Shown in pieces: positions 51,306 through 64,000 of a stretch of DNA of 64,000 nucleotides (positions within the stretch are counted from its first letter, which is position 1; each line of letters begins with the position of its first letter). Source of the DNA: Lama glama (taxonomy: Eukaryota). Under the pieces are notes generated by a model. The model saw nothing but the letters and a program-made list of their open reading frames with translations, searched no databases and had not been told where the DNA came from. The DNA lies in assembly GCA_028534125.1 (NCBI GenBank), contig CM052832.1, forward strand, positions 20,338,001 through 20,402,000, given 5' to 3'. A program made the translations under genes and the position numbers.

Positions 51306-54300
51306 CCCAAATCACTAGGGTAGCAATTTCAGGAAGCAGCCTCCATTAGAACTGAGAGAATAAAAAGACAGGATGGGAATGTTACAATTTGGAAGCATAG
51401 AAGAGGGGCTTCACGGTCCCGAGAAGAGGGCACCAGCTGGATGACAGGGGCGTGGTCAAGCTGGTTTTGCAAATATCAAGAAAACTGGATGCTAGGTTCA
51501 GCTGGACGGAACTGCTGCCTCCCAGGCAAAGATGCAACGCTGGGGCGATGCTCAAAGCAAGCAGTCAGCAAGCCCACAGGAAGCTCTGGGGGAACAAACG
51601 GAAACTCACAAGTTTCGGGGTTTGTTTGTTTGTTTCTGTAGCCTTGCATTCCCACCCACCCTTTTTGCGTCTTTTATTGGCTGATGATCTGGCAAAGCAG
51701 AAACGTGGTTTGCAGAGTCCCAGCAAATCCTTCAAAACGCACAGAAGAGCAGGTTTGGAGCTGAGACACAATAGTTTAATTGGCACACATGTCAAAACCC
51801 AAATTCTCTTTTAGCCAATGTTTTAGGATTGATGATGACTAGGAAATCTCTCACAGTATCAGCCTAAGGCCATACAGGTAGGAATTATTCCAGGTTGGAA
51901 TTATATCTAGACCATCAATTTACCAAATTTTGATCATATAAAGAGTGACTGGTGGTTGAGAATCCATAAAATATGTATGTATGTAACTCTGTGTGTGAGC
52001 ATGGGTAAACATTTATCAGGGTAAGGTCTCAACTCCTCATTTTTGGAAAGGACTATAGGTTTATCTGAAGCATATCCTCATTTCTTTTCTGGTGTTAAAA
52101 TATAATTTATTTTCCTGAGCAGTGGTAAAGATACACAACACTACAAGTTTCTGTTATTTAAATTCCTCTTTGGAAAACAAAATGTTAGCAACTATATGTC
52201 AATTCTCAATTCGTATATTTTTAAAATCTCATTAGCTGATGAAGCACAAAGCCCTAGAGTGGCTGTGTATGAGAATACTTACACCTGATTGACTGACTGA
52301 TTGATTGAATGATCTACTGATTGACAAGTGATGAAGTATGCTGGAGTCAATCAGGCAGGGCTATTCTGAGAAACATTCTTTGAAGATATTTTAAAAGTTA
52401 GACAGTTTGTCACTCAAGAGAAAAACCTCTAGAATGACACATTGAATCTCAGTGCTTGGAACTGTCAAAATGGCTTTATGTGCAGATGACCTACGTGTTT
52501 TGTGTATACTTAGACAATAAATAGTGTATGACATATAAGTCACATGGATTTCAATATGTAAATACCTACTAGCCTTGCATTAAGAACAGAGCTTCGCTCA
52601 GCTCCCCACCTCTGCTATATTCTATAGTTTTGAAATTTTCTCCCTAGTTTGTTATTTCCACCTCTTGCACATTAGATGGGCTTTAGCCCTCCCTTGAACA
52701 ATGTTTTCCTGATCAGCATACCTGCACGACGCGACTGACACTCTGTCACTCTGGCAGAGGAAATGCCAAAGTTGGATTAAAACAAATCTTCAAGCCATCC
52801 ATTATATTATGTGCTTAGTGATGGCTTCCAGGTACCTATTTATATCTCCCTTTAAATATTTCATATCTCCTCTATTACTGATAAGAGCTAATCCACAAGT
52901 TCCCCGGGGGCTTTTCGGAAGTGTACATAGGCTATCATTTCTGGTGCTGGGAATCACCACATATTAAAGTTTTTATTCCAGAAGTTGGTAGATTCTCAAG
53001 AAAAGTTACCTGGTGAAGAAATCATTGAGAAGATTCAAAATGAGTCATTCGGTGCAGTTCTGCACAAGATTTCATTTTTATCTTCGTGGGAAGTGGTAGA
53101 TGTGGTCTTATTACTGAATTTCTGAAATAGAGTGCTCCCAACATGTCTGCCCTCAGGACACTGAGGATATTAATGGCTTAATATTTGCAAGCCACTATAT
53201 ATAGTCTCAGAGCTAGGGGCAGCATATTTCATTTGTAAAACATGACTTCAAGACATAGAACTATATACAAAATAAGCCAGGCTAAAAAAAAGGTTTATGT
53301 TCTACCATAAGAAGCCATTTTGCGTTATTAACTGGCTTCTAGATTGTCAATTTTTTAGTAACTCTCTGACTGCTTGACCACAGAAAGAACTAAAAAGACA
53401 TTTTGATCCCAATGACTACTTCCAGGGAAAGCTGAATGTGTCTTCCATGGGTGCATGGTTTAAAAATTCCACATAACTGACACATTTTTCAAAGTCTGTT
53501 CAGCAAACATAAGTGCTCAAAATTATGAAGATTTAGGAGACCATAGTAATTTCCCAGCTGGACGAAGTGGCTAGCACTACGTGGCCGCATAGATCATACC
53601 ACGTGTCACTTGTTATAACGTTTTAACATGCTGCAGAATTTGTGTTGTCAAGAATATTGGGTGGGGTGATTTATTGGCTAGGATTGATTATGTTGCTAAG
53701 AGGACAGATGGCTTGAATTTTGGAAGGGGGAAATTTCTCATCACTGAGCATGAAGGAATAAATGCTGAGTTGCCAAGAGACAAAGGAGCCTTCACTTAGA
53801 AAAGACTCATTTACCTGCCACATGTGGAGGTAGTTTTTGCTTTCCTTCAAACGCACACTTTAAACTCCATCTCTTGCCTCCGGGAGCAGTGGACATTTTA
53901 TGTGTGTGAAGCATTTTTCTGCAGTGGAGCAAAACTTTTGTCAGCTCTCCCTCTGGGACAATGTGGGTAGTGCTTTCAGAGTTTCTCTTCAGTTTCTGCT
54001 ATGAGTACCAAAACCATGACCTTGCCTGCGAGGCTTTTGCAGCTGACTGTCGAGAGCTCTGACATTTGCATTGACTTTCAGCGATTTTCTGTAGGCTAAC
54101 ACCTGGAAGCCATCACCTACAGACGCCCAGCTGCCACGCGCTAGACCCTGCACAGCAGTACGGGTGCTAATGGAGAGGCACTGACCTACCAGGTGAAACA
54201 AACAAGACAGACACCAGATTGTCTCATGCAAAAATGGCACTGCCTGTCCCGATCTGATCATCATGACTATTCAAAAATTCAGGTGGGAGAATAGGAATAA

Positions 54301-55689
54301 GAGGAGCAAAAAGTCCATCAATAATAAGTAACTCAATCTTGCTTTTTCTTTCTAAGGGATACATATAAGCAGAAGTGTTCCCCAGAACCCCAATGACAAG
54401 TTACCCTGCCTCTCTTTTGATTCAAATTGTATCAACTCAAAAGTAGGGTTTTAGAAACCAGGTTCTCCATCTTGGCCATCCTTAATCGACAGCCAGTACT
54501 CTGATGCTGGATCCTTCACTCCTGTGAGCGATTCCCAAGTTATAATTAGAGCATCTAAACATATACAAAGTGGCAGCGACAATGCCCAGGGAGAATGAGA
54601 TTGCTACCCTAATTTGAAGAAGCCTTGATTTTTTTAATCAACTTTGAAGGCTGGTTTCATGTAGTTTACAGTAAAATATTTTTGCTTACAGCATTGAGTC
54701 ACCTATGAACTAGGTATTTATTCTTCCAGCTTATTGACAGAAATAAAATGAAGCCCTCATTGTCTGAAAAGATTGGAGCACTAATTAATTAAAAATTGAT
54801 GTGTTACCTGATAGATGGCTCTTTATCAGAGGAAGAACGATGCCCACACTTATGAAAAGGGGTGAGCTTGAAAAATTCCTCTAATTGAGAACAACTCCTG
54901 GTAAATGAAGGGGATTTTGCAGGTCTGCTCTTGTACACAATCATTTTTCTACACAATGATATATATTCTGGGCAAATTTGCAATGCTCTATTTAAAAGCT
55001 TTTTCTTCTTTTTCTTCTGTACACAATAGGGATAATAAACAGACAACTCTTTCTGAAGTAGAATAGAGGGTGACTCCGAGAATCAAGGGGCGTTGGCAAA
55101 GTATGTAAAGCAAAAGGTGAAAAACTTGTCTCAGCCATTTGGGGATGAAAATGTGTTTTCCTGAGGGGGTTCCATTAACTGATCAAAGAGTGATGTGAGC
55201 ACACACACACGCATTTGTACAGGATCTTATGCTCGAAGGTTAAATTTGTCTTCTCGTGTGCTTTATCAAGTGGGCTTGGCCAACATCTTACTGCCACCAG
55301 CACTCCAATGTCACAGCAAAGCAGATTCGTTCACTGCATCTCTGTAATTCATTACCTGACTTTCCTATCTCCCAGGTAGTTCCATTGCTCACTGGCTGAT
55401 GTTCACTCCTTCCAAAGAGTAGCATTCTATTTGAGGAAGGAGCAGACTGGCTCGTCCAGGTTCAGATGTGGACAACTATTTCCACTGGTGAAACCAGACC
55501 AAAAAAAAAGTTTTCCCCTCAAGGCAAGAGAAGCTTGTCTGCAGACTCACATCTGAGATCTGGTTCTAAATATTTTTAGTGCTTTATGGAGCCTAAAATC
55601 TGGGTCTACTTGACTCAATGTTCACAACTAGCAGGCGACCATTTACTATGGAGTAACATGGCTGGTGTGTTAGATGGTCTAATAATAAT

Positions 55690-55805
55690 TAATTACTAAG
55701 ACTCTACCATCTACCACTGACTGTGTTGGGCACTGGAGATATAATGACAAACAGAATAGACATGAATGCCTGTCCTCGTGATGTATTCTAGGTGGAAAGA
55801 CAGGC
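55690..55805 (-). mobile_element. L2 tail fragment
   Basis: CTGTGTTGGGCACTGGAGATATAATGACAAACAG. Confidence 0.55.
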
Positions 55806-56098
55806 ATGCATTTGTTCTCAAGTCTCCCCATTTAGACATATTTGCAATCACTCAAGTTCTTTCCAACCTCAGCCAGACACGTCTATACTGCCCCATTTTC
55901 AAGGTGAGGGGTGGGAGCAGCGTGAAGGAAGCAGAGGGAGAGATGAGTGGGTCTAAAGCTATTTCTGATAGTCCCCTCCCAACATTTCCATATCTATTCC
56001 TATTCAATGACACCATTCTCGTACAAATCCTAACAGAAATAAAATCAACAGGACCACATCCTTTCTAGTGCCCAGTGTCAGTGTCAGCAAACCAGAAG

Positions 56099-56737
56099 TG
56101 AGACAGGAGGGGAGGGGACAGGGCACAACCATTAAAAGAATGACACAGAAACTAAGGATAGGACATAAACTATTTAGAACCAAGACAGCGGAAGACCTGA
56201 CTTCCAGTAGACCCTGAGTTTCAGTACACGCTCGCTGTAATATATTAGCACGCTAAGTGGCATTCCCACAGGTGCCGTGGCAGCTCCGAGGCTGACCATA
56301 AAAGGTTAAAAAGTGGGCAGTCAGTGGCCCAATTCCTGAAAATCCCAGCCCCTTCCCCAAAACAGCTGGAATGATCCTCCTACATGTTAGCATATGAAAT
56401 TACCAGCCATTAAAAACTAACCACCCCCACACCTGGGGCCTCTCTGGCCTCTTGAGATGACCTACGTTCTGCCTATGGAATGTGTATCGCCGAGGTTGCT
56501 CTCACTTTCGGAGATGACCCCATGCCCTGAGGCCACCTCTCCTGCCTTTCAGGACAGCCACACTCTGTCTGTGGAGTGTGTATGTCTCCAAATAAACTTG
56601 CTTTTACTTTACTATATGGTTCATTCTTGAATTCTTTCCTGCAGAACGCCAAGGACACTCAGTTGGTGGGCACGTCCCAAGGACATGCCGGAGACCTAGG
56701 ACACAACCATCCTCTCGCGCCCCATTTTCCTGCAACA
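56099..56737 (+). mobile_element. MER41-like ERV1 solo LTR
   Basis: TGAGACAGG..CAACA ends; 4-bp TSD GAAG (56095-56098 / 56738-56741); AATAAACTTGCTTT at 56591; TTGAATTCTTTCCTG motif. Confidence 0.85.
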
Positions 56738-57634
56738 GAAGCAAGCCAAGGCAGCCCAGCCTCCATCCGGGCAGCCTGTGTGACCCATGCTCTGACTCGG
56801 GAACACGTGGGGCGAGCACAAATGGTATTCTTCATCACATAACTCAGTGTGCTGAGACACACTTGATTACCCTAGCAATTTTAGCTTTGAACAGGGCTAG
56901 GCTGATTTACGGTACAGGTTTTCTTTCTTCTGTCCTTTGATCAGCTAGAAAACGTGAATGCTGATCAAGATAATAAGCTAGGTAAAGTCTGTTGTAACTC
57001 AGAGTCCAAAAATCAGTGTGTAAACATGATGATACATCCAGTACTTTGGGTCCCGGAAAAAAAAAATTATTTTTTTCTTTATTTGTTTCTGTGCCTTTAC
57101 GCATGGGCTCTTTGGGGGTCTGGTTTTATAACTGTAATGAATCAGAAATTTTTCAGTGTTGCACTGCGGTGAAGCCCTCATATGGTGAGCATTATCTTGA
57201 GACCCAGATCTTTTCAGGGAGAATTTCAATAGGTGAACTAGAAAATGATCAGTGAGCAAGGAGGACTATTATAATGGAAACATCATTTAAAACGAAGGCT
57301 TTAACATCTGTTTCGCTTTCTAATTACAAATGCAACACTCCCTCTTGACATCCAGTCTCACCATAAATCACAGTCATAAAAAAGTTAAAAAATGAAGTGA
57401 TTTACATGGTTTTACGTGCTTGGTATTCAGAACCACATGCATACTTCAGTTATGTTGCTATCATGTACCAGATGAAGTCAGGTGGGATGGAGGGAAGGGA
57501 AAAAAAGAAGTCTAGACTAATCACACAATTCATTTTTCCATAGATTTCCACTGAAGTCTCATGTAAACAGAAGTGGCCCTGGGAGGAGGGGGGAAAAAAA
57601 AACACAGCTGAGAAGAAATTAACTTTGGAAAATT

Positions 57635-57840
57635 CTCTCAGTCATTTAATAAATATTTATTAAAAACTTACTGTGTGACAAGCCTGGTGCTGGCCTCTGG
57701 GGACAAAGGAGTAAACAAAGCAGATACTCCTAGAACTGACAGCCTAATTCTTGAGACATTTAAAAAAATGACTGCTCACATAAATACATAATCACCACTG
57801 TGATATTGCCGTGAAAGAGAATTACAAGGTTCTATGACAA
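57635..57840 (-). mobile_element. L2 3' fragment
   Basis: TCATTTAATAAATATTTATTAAAAACTTACTGTGTGACAAGCC..CTGGGGAC. Confidence 0.75.
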
Positions 57841-58416
57841 TGAAACTTGCAAGAAAAATCCCAAGGAGACAAGCAAAACCCTAGGGAGGCAACGAAAAGG
57901 CCACGAGAAGCATTCTTCAGCGGACTTTCAGAAACACAGGCACAACCGTATTTGCAGGATTTTTCAATTTCTGAATAATCAATAATCAGAAACAGAGAAC
58001 AGCTCAGGTAATTTCAATAAAATATTGAAGATGTAATTTGTAGATTTAAATTTCCAAAAATTTCAGACTTAATGAGAACTCTCTGTAATACATGTCGGCT
58101 TTTATACGGAGAAGTAATATGCCTAATGTCTAATGCTGATTATGATTCAGCCTAGCACACAGAAATAGGGCCATCAATCACGCTGAACTTGATGACAAAC
58201 GGAGAGGACCTCGATGGGAGCCAGGGTGAACGCATCCCTATACTAGTACAGGGTTACACCAGTTTCTTGAAGAGAAGAAAATTACTGTTGAAAGAATATA
58301 GGAATGTGTGTATACTACCATATTTTGTATTATAACACTTGATATACTTTCTAAATGCATTCATACGACATATGTTACATATTGCATTGTAGATAGTGCT
58401 TAAGTCTACAACGTAC

Positions 58417-58740
58417 TGTCTCAGCAAAAGTAGGCTATGCTACTGTAACAAACAATTCCTACGTCTTAATGATCTAAAACTCACTTCTGCAACATGTTCA
58501 TTTTGATTCAGCTGAAGCTGAGTTTCATGTTTTCCTCAAATAAGAACTCATGATGACAGAGTTTCCAGCAGCTGACCCATTTCTGATGGTCAGGATTGTG
58601 GAAAGGCTGATGAAGAATTGCCCACTGGTTCTCATCTAGACGTTACGGTCATTCAAATTTCATTGGCTAAATGAAGGCAGATTGTTATTACTAGAAAAAT
58701 CCTCCCATTTGCCTGAAAGTACAGAGGAACCAGATCTTTA
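58417..58740 (-). mobile_element. Old MLT1 (J/K/L-like) LTR
   Basis: TAGGCTATGCTACTGTAACAAACAA start; ATTTCATTGGCTAAA motif. Confidence 0.55.
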
Positions 58741-59882
58741 TTTCTACCTCATAAAATTCAGATGCTATATTTAACATACATACAAAATATGTGTGTATTT
58801 CATATGCATATTGCATTCTATCATCTATATTAATAATGTGCTATTAAATATTGATTTCTGCTCTAGGTTCATCTGATACCTACATTTTAAAATGCAGACA
58901 CTGATATCAAGCAAATCTAATAAGCCACCACTGCCTTCCACCTCTCTTTCATAAATGGTATCCAAACAGGTGAACACAGCTTACTTCTATGTGAAAACAC
59001 AAGCCTTTATGCCCACGAAGTAGAAATGGGAATATCAAAGACATCTCTGCAAGGGTAGAGTGTTCCTAAAAACGTCATTTATGACAGCAGTTGAGTCTGG
59101 CAAGTTATGTTTGTAAGATGGAGTTAGCAATTGGGAACTTGCATTCATTGCAATTGAAAAGAGCAGAACTGGATGAGAGCTTAAGCCATACTGATGAAGT
59201 CTCATCAATACAAACTCAATTTGTTCTTAAAAAAAAAAAAGGTTTCTTTCCCCCTAAAAATAGTCAGCATGTTATGCAGGAATTAATCAACAGTCAGTTA
59301 GAAACAAATGTGTTCTCAATGTGTTTTACAAGGAATGAAACATTTTAGCCTTCCTTGACAAGAAAATAAAATGTTCCTTTCATAGGAGATGTCTTTCATG
59401 TATTCCAAAAGGCTGTTGCTTACAAACCTATATTTAAAAAAATTGTATATATCTTGCTGAATGGCTCCTTTTTTTCTCCTTCTTGCAAAGCATACATCCA
59501 TAATCCTTGCCCTAGGAAATCACTAAAGTTTTCATTTCAATAATAAAGTATAAATATTAAAACAATAGCTAACTAAACATGAGCACTTCAAAGAGAGTCT
59601 TACAATTCATACTTTTTCAAATACTTTAATGTCTTTTTCTGTGATTTCAAGATATGAACCTTGAACACATTTTTTTTTCATCTACTCCTGGTCCCTCCCT
59701 ATTTCCGGAGCTTTGTGAAAACAATTAGTATCTTAGAGCATGAAGAAGAAACAATAGTGTAAAGAGTTCAGTGGTACCTAAGTATGGCTGAGAATCTTTT
59801 CATTATATTTCCTTAACCAGCTAAAAAGAGTTACCACTCTACCTGATTATATGAATCATCAAATTCTATTTATGCACAGTAA

Positions 59883-60231
59883 TTTTTTTTTATTCTGGTA
59901 AAATACACATAACCTAGAATTTAGCATTTTACCCATTTAAAAGGGTAAAGTCAATGGCATTGAATGTTGTGAAACCATCACTGCTATCTAGTCCCAGAAT
60001 ATTTTCATTATCCCCAAAAGAAAAATCCACAACCAGTAAATCCCCTTTCTCCCCACCTGCAGCCCTGGCAACAACAAATCTGCTTTCTTCCTCTGTCAGT
60101 TTCCTCTTCTGGATACTTAATATGAATTAGATTATACCATACGTAGCCTCCTGTGACTGGCTTCTTTCAGTTAGTATGATATTTTCAAGGTTCATCCACT
60201 CTGTAGATATATCAAAACCTCATTCCTTTAT
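59883..60231 (-). mobile_element. L1MB-type 3' end
   Basis: Poly-T, GGTAAAATACACATAAC, CCCTGGCAAC..AATCTGCTTTCT, CTGGCTTCTTTCA, TTCAAGGTTCATCCA. Confidence 0.88.
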
Positions 60232-61007
60232 AGAGAGTAGTACTATGAAAAGGAGGTCTTTCTAAAAATATGGGTGATACTTCCCCATGTGTCTATGCCA
60301 AGGGAGAAGAGAGGTGGAGGATGAGGGTGTTGAAGAAGTAGGAAAGGACGGTGTGGGTTACTGGAGCAAGGTCTCTGGGGAGGAGGGCAGCTGTGGGACT
60401 CAGGACCCAGGTGGAAAGAACCATTTTAGAGAGGATGAGGGTCCCTCTTCTTTGGAGATAAAAGAGGTAAGCACTCTGCAGATATGGATTTAGAGTTGAA
60501 GGACTTCAGGCCTGAGAGCCTCTTCCATTTTATATTTTTAATTAAATGAGATGAAAAACAGTTAATCTGCTGAGAGAGAAGGTAACCAGGGAGAGGAAGG
60601 AGACCCTGAGAATTGTGCAAGTTTGCCAGAGCCACTGAGAACAACTAAAGAGGCAGTTTATCAGGGACAATCAGTAATTCTGCTGAGCAACCTGATAAAA
60701 GACACTGATGAGCCAATGATGCTGGTGTGCAATTCTGTGTGTTTGCAGTACTGACAGACAGCAACTTTGGGGGTTCTGTCAGACTCATTATTGAGTAGGC
60801 AAGGTAATGATGAACATCAGGAAAGTAGATTCAATTTTTCAGTATGTTTTTCTTCCAAGTGGGATAGGAAGATGATAAAAAAAGATATCAGACAAATGGC
60901 CTATAAGTCAATGGAAATCAGGTGTAAGAAGATGCAATGCCACTGAAAACTTGAGTAGAGGTCTCCTGTGTGATGTGATGAAATGAGCCTGGCAAGAATT
61001 CAGTTGA

Positions 61008-61076
61008 GATATAGATATAGATATAGACGTATATATATATGTATACACACACACACATATGCATACATACATATAC

Positions 61077-61120
<44 letters not shown>
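61008..61120. repeat. Compound microsatellite ending in (AC)18
   Basis: GATATA units, TA/CA runs, and an uninterrupted AC run at 61085-61120. Confidence 0.95.
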
Positions 61121-61122
<2 letters not shown>

Positions 61123-62214
61123 TTGGACCATTCCTGTAGGCTCTTTTTTTCCAGTTTTATTCAAATATCCCCACATACCATTCTTCAGCACCAGCTGCTT
61201 GACCTCATGCTGTGGATCCCATTTGGTAAGATGCTCTCACTTATTTGCCCTGATTCTCTGACTTGGATTTCTGGCAGGATGCTGCCCTGGTTCCATGCAC
61301 CACAACCACAGACTCAAGGCACTGCCTCAGGATGAAGACAGCATGATCTAGAATTTGGAGTCTACATCAAACACTGTACAGATCTTCTGCCGAGCTCAGA
61401 TCCCTAGGATACCTCCTGCCAGACCTGCTGGATTCTTCCCAGGAGGGTGATCAGAAAACTAAAACAAGTAGTAAGAAACACGGATAGCTATTCCAAGTCT
61501 GCATGGGCTCCCGAACTTCATTAGTGTCACCCACATTATATATAATACATCTTAAGGGACTGGCGCTCTCTTAATATAAATTAAGGCTACATAGTGAAGA
61601 TTTAGATAGCATTTCTAATGTTGCACCACTCTTCTCTTTCTCTTTACTGCTGATTTACTGCCTTGAATAAGATTCTCAAAGTCGGATACAGTCATGCAAA
61701 CTCACACATATTTTCACAGCAACGTTACGTGCAGCTGGAATTTCATTAACTACTTAGACTTTGTGCAAGGAGGTGGCACTGACCTTCAGGGACTTCATAT
61801 AATATCTTTCTCAGCAACTTCTTACACAAAGCACCCAAGGGTCCTTTAGTTACAGACCCTCTCCATCAGGACTCAAGCTTCCGATACACAGTCTCACCTC
61901 CCACCGTTTGTCTTCGCTGGCAGAATCAGTGAAAGTCAAGGCAAGACGCGGGGCAGTAGTGAAGGTCCCAGGACACCCCATCTTCCTCCCCCAGAGCCAC
62001 CAAGAACCACCGCAGTCGCTCCTCCCCAGTAAGAGCGCACTTGTCTCCTTGTACCAAGAAAGAAAGGCAAAGCCAGTTACTTGTTTACCCTTCCTTTGGT
62101 CTACTTACCACAGTAGATCTGTATTACATATTATTGCTGAGAAACAGACTCAAGGAAATATTAACTGACCCACCCAAGGAGCCCTGGCAGCGGGGAAGTT
62201 GTGCATCACGGGCT

Positions 62215-62437
62215 CGGCGTCACGGCTTTGGAAGTCAGGCAGATCTGGCTTTGAAAAGTGACTTCACTATATAGGGATACTAGTGATATCGCTAAGGCTT
62301 ATTTTTTACATCTATAAAATACAGAGAAAAACATATTTCTCAAAAAGCTCATGTGAAAATTAAATAATATAATGTATGTAAAGTGCCCAGGATGGTACTT
62401 TGCCTGTAATAGAATTTAATAAAGGTTAACACTATTA
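62215..62437 (+). mobile_element. MIR SINE
   Basis: GGCTTTGGAAGTCAGGCAGATCTGG..CATCTATAAAAT..AATGTATGTAAAGTGCC. Confidence 0.75.
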
Positions 62438-64000
62438 GTTACTCATTGGTAAAGTACCCTTTGGAAAGTATATTTTGACCTAATCAAATGGGAAGTAACT
62501 GCAGGCATGGCGCAAAACCATCCGTCCCCCTTCAGTAAAATAAGTCCTCAGGGCCGGAGGGTAAGCACACGTCCTCTTGTCCTTCCACACCGACCACGGA
62601 GAAGAGCTGGTCACCTTCACCTGTTCAACCACACTTCACAGAGTAGAAATCACTGTTAACTGGCATCTCTACTTACTCTTCCCCAGGCTAAAAAAAAATC
62701 CTATGTCATTTAACCTTTTCAAATTGGGCTTGTTTTCTTATACTTAATCATCTCTGTGGCTCACCTTTGAACGTTCCACATTTTCTCCCTTAATTATGAA
62801 GGCCCCAAACGGGCGCAGTGCGGGGAGCCTGCCTGGCGTTGGCATACTGTGCGAGTTAGCAGGGTGGAAAATGAAGAGGGGGAAGAGCTTCGGTCTTGCG
62901 GCTGGTTATTGTGCTGCCTTCAAACTAGCCACGTGTTGCTGTGCAGCTTTCCAAGAATACCCACCTAACACAGAACGCTCTCTCACTGCCATGTCACTAG
63001 CTAGTCTTTTCTCTTCTTACTAATGACTTCTTTTTTCTACCTTAAGTTTCTTTATCCTAGTAAGGTAATGTATACACAGCTAAGGAAAAATAAGAATAAT
63101 AATTTGCTATAACATTGTGGGATGCAAAACAAGGTCACTGTCACCCAAATTACATGGCTTATTGTATCTACTTTCCATTTTATACTGTCTCTTTTTATGG
63201 ACTATCTTCTCAACATGTCTTCATATCATTTGGGAACCAGGGGAAAAAAAAACTAACAATAATGAAAATCAGCACTTTTATAGCACTGGGGAGAAAAAGG
63301 CTGCATGGTCAAGGTTGGGAACGTAGTACGTCATGTCAGCTTCTTGGAAATCCCCATTGTTACTGGTATATGAAAACCCGAAAGCCCAACAGTTAATACA
63401 ACTATTCAATTCGTCCGACCTGTTTCATGATGGCACCTTTGGGGGATCCATACTTACATCCAACAGAAATCACATTCCGGTGGAATCCATTTTGGAAATG
63501 TTAATATCACTCAAATTTATAACTAGACACCAGAAAGCTGAGGCTTCAAGTGGTTGCTTGCCTAGTTCTCATTTCTTTTATTTCCAATCCTCTAAAATCT
63601 TACTATTCTTCCTCACGTATGTGCCACCTTGGCCCCACAGACATTTCTTACTGCATTTTTACCCCAAATGGCTGAACACGCTTTCATCTCCTTTCAACAA
63701 AGAAAAACAGCAACAATGTAGATGTCTGTATAGAACTCATTCCCACACTGTTCCCTAAATGTCCCCTCTCCACATACTTCCTAAATACACACTGACGCAG
63801 ATGCCTCTGATGGGAACGTGTATTCTTCGGCTGTAGGCTAGGGACAGTATCTCTGCTCTGTCTTTGAGTACACATTTACCTAGTCAGGATTACTAGTTTC
63901 AGGTTCTGCTAACGTGAGGAAATGACAAAGCATTAGGTCATCATGAAGTCATAAAATATCCCAAAGGTTAATCAATATATTAATTTATAAATGCACGTGT

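Noticed and set aside
1453..54701. Scattered TGA(C/G)TCA AP-1 sites
   Set aside because: Count is close to the chance expectation for a 7-mer in 64 kb
61350..61410. EFGVYIKHCTDL, reminiscent of RhoGEF DH motifs
   Set aside because: Frame is closed by stops on both sides with no splice signals
1..64000. The provided ORFs (60-141 aa) as protein-coding genes
   Set aside because: None resembles a protein I recognise. Many lie in TEs or microsatellites or span the gap, and such lengths are expected by chance
1..64000. CRISPR arrays, operons, rRNA or other prokaryotic systems
   Set aside because: The sequence is mammalian; no regularly spaced repeat-spacer array or gene-dense region was seen

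Overview
AT-rich mammalian genomic DNA with one 100-N assembly gap. It is most likely camelid: it contains a tRNA-Ala-derived Vic-1-type SINE with TSDs and cetartiodactyl-type L1 3' ends, and I saw no Alu, Bov-tA or PRE-1. No protein-coding gene could be recognised. The listed ORFs are short and largely explained by repeats, microsatellites or chance, so the window is intergenic or part of a very long intron of an unidentified gene. Most explainable structure is transposon-derived: L2, MIR, MLT1 LTRs, MER58, MER2, MER103C, old and young L1 3' ends, a MER41-like solo LTR, and an LTR40/HERVL40-like provirus remnant. The most notable observations are: (i) a perfect 26-bp-stem hairpin at the 5' junction of an L1 insertion that contains an inverted copy of the TSD; (ii) a class III ERV remnant carrying both ERVL-type pol and gamma-type env TM relics; (iii) a recursive-splice-site-like motif on the minus strand downstream of an octamer/Sox + TATA-like cassette. 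I found no evidence for a novel multi-gene system. Repeat family names come from recalled consensus sequences, not database searches, and boundaries of old elements are approximate.
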